In this document: positions 37,776 to 42,049 of the stretch, piece after piece
Layout of the letters: each line of letters opens with the position of its first letter
Numbering within the stretch: position 1 is the stretch's first letter
Virus genome (UHGV): UHGV-0229743
Reading direction: 5' to 3' (one strand)
From: a virus
DNA length: 42,049 nt
The notes under the pieces: generated by a model
What the model was told of the DNA's origin: nothing
The model's input: only the letters and a program-made list of their open reading frames with translations
Databases searched by the model: none
Made by a program: the position numbers and the translations under genes

Positions 37776-38064
37776 ACTCATCAAGGCGCTTGAGCGCATG
37801 AAATCGGAGACCGGCTCGCTGGCAGAATCCTCTTTTTGCCTCGGTTGCGGGCATGAGCATAACTGCGGCGTGCATGGGTGCGCGGTTATTCGGGAGGCGA
37901 TAAAAACCGCGAAGCTGTATCAAGCGGCGTATAAAGTGCTCGAGCGGCAGAAGGACTGCGACACATGCCTTTACAACAAGCCGTGCGGAATGGACGATTT
38001 GCGCTGCACGGTCTGCACGAGAGGGCAAAAATGGAGATGGGACAGAAGGGGAATCAAAGCATGA
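37762..38064 (+). CDS. Cys-rich hypothetical protein
   Basis: CLGCGHEHNC and CDTC motifs. Confidence 0.65.
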   Translation: MTTDELIKALERMKSETGSLAESSFCLGCGHEHNCGVHGCAVIREAIKTAKLYQAAYKVLERQKDCDTCLYNKPCGMDDLRCTVCTRGQKWRWDRRGIKA

Positions 38065-38510
38065 ACACTGCACTCCTGTCATCAAAAAATATGTGTTGGT
38101 GTACGCCACAAGATTTTTTTGACGAGCTGAACGCCGAATTCGACTTCGTCCTCGATCCGGCGGCAACCGACAAAACGGCGAAATGCTCTTTGTATTACAC
38201 GCCGGAAACGGACGGGCTTTCACAAAGTTGGGATCTCGGCGGCGCAGTATTCTGCAACCCGCCTTATGGGCGTGACATTGGCAAATGGGTACAAAAGGCA
38301 TACAAGGAGGCTCGGGGGGGCAACACAATCGTGCTGTTAATACCCGCGCGAACGGATACAGCATATTTCCACGATTACATTTACGGAAAGGCGGAGATTC
38401 GCTTCGTGCGCGGGCGGTTACGGTTTACGGACGAAAGCGGGAACACGAATGGCCCTGCCCCGTTTCCGTCTATGGTGGTGATCTACAACGGTAAAACAGA
38501 GGAGGCGTAG
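38061..38510 (+). CDS. Phage DNA N6-adenine methyltransferase (Dam-like)
   Basis: WCTP, LDPAA, DGL..SW, FCNPPYG, LIPARTDT and GRLRF motifs. Confidence 0.9.
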   Translation: MNTALLSSKNMCWCTPQDFFDELNAEFDFVLDPAATDKTAKCSLYYTPETDGLSQSWDLGGAVFCNPPYGRDIGKWVQKAYKEARGGNTIVLLIPARTDTAYFHDYIYGKAEIRFVRGRLRFTDESGNTNGPAPFPSMVVIYNGKTEEA

Positions 38511-38514
38511 AATA

Positions 38515-38700
38515 GTGACTAAAATCATCTTGGTCGTGCTCGTAATCGCGGCGACGCTCACGGCGTGCATCGTGATGCGCAAATTGCGGGAGTACGACGC
38601 AGCGGACAATATCGCCGGGGTTGTCCGCTGCGCGAAAGTTATGGTGATGCTTGGCTTTGTGGTGGGCATCGCCACGGTGATGGCATACGTAGCAACATAA
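38515..38700 (+). CDS. Small two-TM membrane protein
   Basis: GAGGAGG RBS; two hydrophobic helices. Confidence 0.6.
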   Translation: MTKIILVVLVIAATLTACIVMRKLREYDAADNIAGVVRCAKVMVMLGFVVGIATVMAYVAT

Positions 38701-38714
38701 AAGGAGGAGCAAAA

Positions 38715-38975
38715 ATGGCACTTGTAAAAAAGCAGTGGGCAGCGAAAGAAAAAAGGCGGATAGAAAAAATCGCGATCCGATACGAGGACGGGACAGAACG
38801 AACAGTTGAAAGCGGATTAGTAGTCACTTTCGCTCCGGCCCCGGAAGATGAAGAAAGCGAGATCATAACGATGGAATCGAAGAATTTTACCGGCATGCAA
38901 TGGTATATGCTTGCGCGTGGCCTTGGCGAAGCACTTTACCTCAATGATCTTGAGTTTCAGACGGAGGATGAGTAA
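38715..38975 (+). CDS. Hypothetical protein
   Basis: AAGGAGG RBS. Confidence 0.65.
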   Translation: MALVKKQWAAKEKRRIEKIAIRYEDGTERTVESGLVVTFAPAPEDEESEIITMESKNFTGMQWYMLARGLGEALYLNDLEFQTEDE

Positions 38976-38987
38976 AGGAGGCAGGCA

Positions 38988-39038
38988 ATGACAAAAGATT
39001 TGCTTGAGGAGTACCCCAATATCTGCGCGGAGATTTAG
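38988..39038 (+). pseudogene. Truncated gene remnant (MTKDLLEEYPNICAEI*)
   Basis: Strong AAGGAGG RBS but a stop after 16 codons. Confidence 0.4.
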
Positions 39039-39089
39039 GAATAATCTGATTTTTCTAATGAAACTGAATAGCGAAAAGAGGCGACAAAT

Positions 39090-39374
39090 ATCAGGACGCG
39101 ACAACTCGGCTATAAAGAATACGGAATATCCAAAGCTGAAATCAGCAAGATGCTAAGGGTGTGTAGGGCCTCTGGGTTCCCGTACAGAGATTTGGTAGCA
39201 AAAGCGGCGCAAAAAACGAACCCGGAAATAGCGGAATCGCTTGTGCGAAATATTTGTGATCGCGAATGCTGGATGCACGGAAACGCGTACATAGACGAAG
39301 CCTCATTTTACGGGTATCGAAAAAAATGTTTGTATTATCTCCGTATTAAGCTTAAATATGCCGGTAAAATGTAA
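39090..39374 (+). CDS. Putative late transcription regulator; possible ATC start
   Basis: Frame open from ATC-AGG-ACG-CGA after GAGG; YGIS…FYGYRKK; position before the packaging module. Confidence 0.5.
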   Translation: MRTRQLGYKEYGISKAEISKMLRVCRASGFPYRDLVAKAAQKTNPEIAESLVRNICDRECWMHGNAYIDEASFYGYRKKCLYYLRIKLKYAGKM

Positions 39375-39377
39375 CGT

Positions 39378-39424
39378 AAAGCCGCTATGGTATGCAAAAT
39401 TTTGCGCATAACATGGCGGCTTTT
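39378..39424 (+). terminator. Intrinsic terminator
   Basis: AAAGCCGCTATG…CATGGCGGCTTTT. Confidence 0.65.
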
Positions 39425-39504
39425 GCGCTCAAATGGCTAAAGCGGTAAATCAAGAAACTATGGTAAAATTAAGATAGATAAACCAAATTAGGAGGAGAAA
39501 ATAA

Positions 39505-40091
39505 ATGAAAGTCGAACAGAGAAAAGTCAGCAGTTTAATTCCGTATGCTAAAAATGCAAAAAGCATAGTGATAAGCAAATCCAAAATGTCGCAAAAAGTA
39601 TCCGCGAATATGGATTTGTACAGCCGGTTGTAATAGATCGGGGGGGGATTATTGTAATCGGGCATTGTCGAGTATTAGCAGCAAAAACGCTCAATATGGA
39701 AGAGGTACCTTGCGTGTGTGTCGATGATCTGACGCCGGAACAGGTAAATGCGCTTCGTATCGTTGATAATAAAACAAATGAAAGCGAATGGGATATAGAC
39801 ACTTTGGAAGCGGATTTGTTGAGCTTGGATTTATCGGAATTTGATTTTGACTGGGACAGTGACGAAAAAGAATATTCTCCCGATGACTTCGGCGATGATT
39901 TTTCGCTTGCAGACGGAGGGAAGCCGGAAATATGCCAAATGACCTTTACAATGCACATACGACAAAAAGAGTTGATTGAGTACGCCATACAGCAAGTCAA
40001 AGATACGGTAACAGAAACATTCGGAAACACAAACTCAAATGGAAACGCGCTTTATGAGGTGGTAAGACAATGGGTAGGGCAAAAGAAATAA
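39505..40091 (+). pseudogene. ParB/Srx N-terminal domain protein with a frameshift
   Basis: LIPYAKNAK|KHSDKQI…SIREYGFVQPVVID…IVIGHCRVLAA…LRIVDNK; frame break at the A5 tract 39558-39562. Confidence 0.8.
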
Positions 40092-40822
40092 TTGTAAAGG
40101 TTATTCCCGGAAAAATTGCGGTTCCGTTCATTAAGAAGCACCACTATAGCGGGAAAGTAGTAAATAATAGTTGTTTGCATTTTGGCGCTTTTCTTGATGG
40201 TAAACTGCACGGAGTAATGAGCTACGGCCCGAGCCTTGATAAATCTAAAATGCTTGGATTAGTGGAGGGGACCGGGTGGAATGAATTCCTTGAATTAAAT
40301 AGGATGGCATTTGATGAATACCTACCGAGGAACGCCGAAAGCTATTGTATTGCAAAAAGTATTAAGCTTATAAAGAAAAATGCTCCGCAAATTAAATGGA
40401 TCGTGTCATTTGCAGATGGTTGTTCGTGCGGAGACGGAACAATATATCGGGCAAGTAATTTTGTACTAACGGATATAAAGCCAAATTTTAATCTTGTGTT
40501 GCTTCCGAACGGAGAAAAAATTCATAAAATGACGCTCGAAAGCAACCCAACAACGCCGCGAAAGGAATTAGGAGGTAAAAGCTATTATAATATTACCGAT
40601 GGACGCTTTAATTTTAAAAAATATGTGGAGTACGTAAACGGCGAAATTTTAAAAGGCTATCAACTGAGATATGTGTATTTTATTGATCCGAAATACAGAA
40701 AGCGTCTTACCGTCCCGGAAATTCCTTTTTCGATGATCGACGAAATAGGTGCAGGAATGTACAAAGGCGAGAAAATCACACAAGCAGAAAGACATGCAAT
40801 AAAAACGCCGAAAACAAGTTAA
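40070..40822 (+). CDS. mom: Mom-family adenine modification protein
   Basis: HHYSGKVV, ELNRM…PRNAES, WIVSFAD and GTIYRASNF motifs typical of Mu Mom-like proteins. Confidence 0.8.
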   Translation: MGRAKEIIVKVIPGKIAVPFIKKHHYSGKVVNNSCLHFGAFLDGKLHGVMSYGPSLDKSKMLGLVEGTGWNEFLELNRMAFDEYLPRNAESYCIAKSIKLIKKNAPQIKWIVSFADGCSCGDGTIYRASNFVLTDIKPNFNLVLLPNGEKIHKMTLESNPTTPRKELGGKSYYNITDGRFNFKKYVEYVNGEILKGYQLRYVYFIDPKYRKRLTVPEIPFSMIDEIGAGMYKGEKITQAERHAIKTPKTS

Positions 40823-40840
40823 AAAAGAAAGGAGAACAAA

Positions 40841-41236
40841 ATGGCGAGGACAGGAAGACCGAGGGTGCAAATCGATCAGGAGCTTTTTGAAAAGCTATGC
40901 GCGATGCAATGCACAGAAGAGGAAATTTGCTCCTTGGTTGGATGTTGCGCAGATACCCTTAATGCGTGGTGTAAACGCACGTACAAAGTAAAAGGCAAAG
41001 GGTTGACTTTTTCGGAGACCTATAAAAGATTTAGTGCAAAAGGAAAAGTCAGTTTGCGCCGGATGCAGATGAAGCTTGCGGAACGTTCGGCAAATATGGC
41101 TATTTTTTTAGGTAAAGTATATCTGGGGCAAACCGAGCACCAGAACAATGAGACGTTACAAAGCAAAAATAACCTGCTGGAAGCAATTACCGAAGTAGAG
41201 GAGATCGACACCGATGATTTACCAGAGGTGGAGTAA
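40841..41236 (+). CDS. terS: Terminase small subunit
   Basis: GRP…FEKLC.MQCT.EEI HTH; SLRRMQ…MAIFLGK.YLGQ. Confidence 0.88.
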   Translation: MARTGRPRVQIDQELFEKLCAMQCTEEEICSLVGCCADTLNAWCKRTYKVKGKGLTFSETYKRFSAKGKVSLRRMQMKLAERSANMAIFLGKVYLGQTEHQNNETLQSKNNLLEAITEVEEIDTDDLPEVE

Positions 41237-42049
41237 ACGGCAGCGGCTTGCCGCGCTTTGGTGGACGCAACCAAAGTACAAAAACCGAGATGCGGTCATT
41301 TGCGATGGGTCTATCCGTTCCGGCAAGACGGTGAGCATGACGATTGGCTTTTTCCTGTGGAGCATGGCGATGTTTTCGGGGCAAAAGTTTGCTATATGCG
41401 GCAAAACAATAGAGAGTTTACGCCGCAACGTGATTGTAAACGTGAGAGACTGGCTGCCATATGATCTGGAGATTATCGAGCGCCGCGCCGAAAACAAATT
41501 GATCGTCTCGGACAAATGCGGGCATATAAATACGTATTTTTTGTTTGGCGGACGTGACGAAAGCTCATATATGCTTGTGCAGGGCATCACTCTGGCGGGC
41601 GCTTTGCTCGATGAGGTTGTTTTAATGCCGCAGTCATTTGTCGAGCAGGTCAGTGCCAGATGCTCGGTATCCGGGTCAAAATTGTGGTTTAACTGCAACC
41701 CAGAGGGGCCGGAACACTGGTTTTACAAAAAATGGGTGCAGCGGTGCGGCGAAATGAACGCGTTGCATATCCATTTTACCATGGAGGACAATTACAGCCT
41801 TGCAGACCAAATCCGCGAAAGATATGAGCGAATGTATGAGGGCGTGTTTTATCAGCGGTATATTTTGGGTTTGTGGGTGTTGGCGGAAGGACTGGTTTAC
41901 ACGTTTCGCGAAGAGTACATAACAGACGAGCAACCGCCGGGGGCAGAATATTACATAAGCGTGGACTACGGCACATTAAACCCGTTTTCGGCAGGGCTGT
42001 GGAGCGTTACGGGCGCGAAAGCGGTACGCGTGCAGGAATACTACTACGA
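41214..42049 (+). CDS. terL: Terminase large subunit, N-terminal ATPase part (continues at position 1)
   Basis: Walker A GSIRSGKT, Walker B LLDE, CNPEGP.HWFY; open to the end of the window. Confidence 0.93.
   Translation, partial: MIYQRWSKRQRLAALWWTQPKYKNRDAVICDGSIRSGKTVSMTIGFFLWSMAMFSGQKFAICGKTIESLRRNVIVNVRDWLPYDLEIIERRAENKLIVSDKCGHINTYFLFGGRDESSYMLVQGITLAGALLDEVVLMPQSFVEQVSARCSVSGSKLWFNCNPEGPEHWFYKKWVQRCGEMNALHIHFTMEDNYSLADQIRERYERMYEGVFYQRYILGLWVLAEGLVYTFREEYITDEQPPGAEYYISVDYGTLNPFSAGLWSVTGAKAVRVQEYYY

Larger units (their letters stand above)
1..42049. mobile_element. Complete circularly permuted temperate siphophage genome (excised, attP form)
   Basis: Full set of head, tail, lysis, lysogeny and replication modules; terL continuous across the end/start junction; attP-like site intact. 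Confidence 0.95.

Noticed and set aside
28385..39038. Alternative genetic code suggested by the in-frame TGA (28403) and TAG (39036)
   Set aside because: Long genes are intact under code 11, and TGA and TAG both terminate bona fide genes elsewhere

Overview
The window is an apparently complete, circularly permuted ~42 kb temperate siphovirus genome. The host is probably a gut Clostridia/Firmicutes species (inference). The terminase large subunit is split across the ends and rejoins in frame (…EYYYD|GREQKRQMTDEEY…), and an intact attP-like site sits next to the tyrosine integrase. Gene order: portal, MuF-type minor capsid with a C-terminal extension, an inserted GerE/LuxR-HTH plus 5-gene accessory cassette, tRNA-Gly, head, tail, lysis, an anti-defence island, attP/integrase, immunity switch, recombination/replication (AAA ATPase, RecT, MBL, DUF4373-type initiator, RusA), DNA modification (Dam-type MTase, frameshifted ParB-like gene, Mom-like gene) and terminase. 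The most striking region is 23.5-26.0 kb. It holds an AcrVA2/FinQ-like gene and an Aca-like HTH gene. Two unknown genes there carry duplicated promoter/operator/RBS leaders. An unannotated ~140-nt structured sRNA has two segments exactly complementary to the 5' end and the Shine-Dalgarno of both leaders, which suggests a combined protein and antisense-RNA silencing circuit for anti-defence genes. All family assignments come from motif recognition by eye; no database searches were run.
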